From positions 1 through 50,694 of the forward strand of contig NW_021826214.1 of the NCBI RefSeq assembly GCF_006345805.1: 50,694 bases of DNA, read 5' to 3'. Source of the stretch: Octopus sinensis. Its lineage: Eukaryota. The notes beneath the pieces were generated by a model. That model was given only the letters and a program-made list of their open reading frames with translations, did no database searches and was not told where the DNA came from. The position numbers were made by a program, and so were the translations under genes. Numbering within the stretch: the stretch's first letter is position 1; each line of letters opens with the position of its first letter. This document shows, piece by piece, positions 49,136 through 50,694 of the stretch.

Positions 49136-49349
49136 CATTATTATTATTATTATTACTATTATTATTATTACTATTATTATTATTATTATTATTATTGCAT
49201 TCCTTTATTCTTTTACTCAGTAGGCATTGGTATGGCTGTGTGCTTTCCAACCCCGTGGTTTCGAGTTCTGTTCCACTGCACGGTGCGCTGTACAAATGCC
49301 TTCTGTTATAACCTTAAGTCGACCAATTCTTGTCAGTGAATTTGATTGT

Positions 49350-49457
49350 ATATCACCATGTCACTATATCGGTTATTGTTGTTGTGTTGTTATACATCGC
49401 TTGCCACAATGCATTTCCAATGCTTCCTTGATTGCGCCAAGATTCCTCCTTCCACAT
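49350..49457 (-). mobile_element. RTE-like 3' end fragment (related short piece at about 47368-47400)
   Basis: Minus translation ILAQSRKHWKCIV resembles IAQSRQNCKCIV at about 33900. Confidence 0.55.
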
Positions 49458-49534
49458 TTAAATTCTTTTTTCGTATACATATATTTTTTTTAATATTTTA
49501 TAATTTCCTTTCGGAAAACGGAGAATAATGAACC

Positions 49535-49648
49535 TACATGATGATGATGATGATGATAACAAGGGAGTGAGGGTGATAATGAGGAGGAGGAGGAGGAGGA
49601 GGAGGCGGATGATGATGATTATGTGATTGAATAGAAGTGATGATGGTG

Positions 49649-49680
<32 letters not shown>

Positions 49681-49763
49681 GATGATGGTGGTGATGGTGA
49701 TGATGATGGTGATGATAATGATGACGAAGATGATGATGATTATGATGCTGGTGATGACGATAC

Positions 49764-49813
<50 letters not shown>

Positions 49814-50508
49814 GTAATGATGATAATGACGACGAGGGAATAGGGGTGATGATGATGATTGTGGTGGTTGTAGTGGAAATGATGATGCTGATGATGATAA
49901 GGATGCTGCTGCTGCTGTTGATGATGATGATGATTGATGATGATGGATGATGATGATGATGATGATGGCGCGTGGAGTGGAGTGTATTGTGAGGGTTAGC
50001 TGTGGTCTGTGTTGTTTTATATTTGGGCTAAAAAACAAGGAACCCGTTCATTCCCGAGGCGAGGCTGTTGCAACAGCTGAAGTGATGGATGGCCGATGGT
50101 GCGCTTGTTATTATTAGTGGTAGCGGTGGTGGCAGTGGTGGTTGGTGGTGGTGGTGGTGGTGGTGGTGGTGGCAGTGATGACGATGCTGCTGCTGCGGCT
50201 GCTGCTGCTGCTGGTATCAGCGACGGAGATGATGGTGGTGGTGTTGTTCTTGGTGGTGGTGCTGGTGGGAGCGCGAACTTAAGTGGCCCTGTTATCTTTA
50301 ATAGGACGACGTGGAAAACAACGCCAACAACAGCAACAACAACAACAACAACAACAACAACAAAAGCACCAAAACATCCAATGTTTCTAAGGTTAGTAAG
50401 ACAAGAGCAACAACAACAACATCCGCAACACTAAAAATAGCAACAACAACAACATTCGAAGGAGTAAGAACTACAACAACAACGACAACGACAGCGGCTG
50501 TAGTAGTA

Positions 50509-50550
<42 letters not shown>

Positions 50551-50560
50551 CAGCAGCAGC
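49535..50560 (+). repeat. (GAT/GGT), (GCT), (CAA), (TAG) compound trinucleotide arrays
   Basis: Direct inspection. Confidence 0.93.
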
Positions 50561-50694
50561 GACATTGATACTTAAAGACACATGAGTTTCAGTTATAACA
50601 ACAACAAGAACAATAATAACAACAACAGCAAGACTTTGAAATTGAAAGAGGAAGGGTGAGGGGATGTGATGAGGGGGGAAGAGGGTTGGCGGAA

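Overview
This is AT-rich, extremely microsatellite-rich eukaryotic DNA. The SINE families and repeat landscape match what I recall for Octopus/coleoid cephalopod genomes (inference, no search run). Only one host gene can be supported: a + strand gene for a 112-aa secreted protein with two EF-hands. Its coding exons are 20034-20138, 20296-20491 and 26580-26617, with AATAAA at 26698 and a candidate TATA promoter plus non-coding first exon at about 16167-16224. Everything else is mobile or repetitive: about 30 copies of four tRNA-derived SINE families, a CR1/L2-group LINE 3' end, RTE and R4/Dong-like (RLE) fragments, and a Penelope-like GIY-YIG fragment. There are also several minimal hammerhead-ribozyme (HHR) motifs, including a fold-back pair, one full-length and two partial mariners, a pogo-type DDE fragment, two non-autonomous Helitrons, two unnamed non-coding elements and a 3.5-kb (TAA)n array. 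The most striking pattern is that retroelement families appear to partition microsatellite niches: HHR units in (TA)n, RLE elements and a 460-bp element in (TAA)n, and a 285-bp element in (TACA)n. Nearly all ORFs in the supplied track are microsatellite or SINE translations. Repeat boundaries were read by eye (about +/-10 bp), and irregular indels inside the arrays may partly be long-read error.
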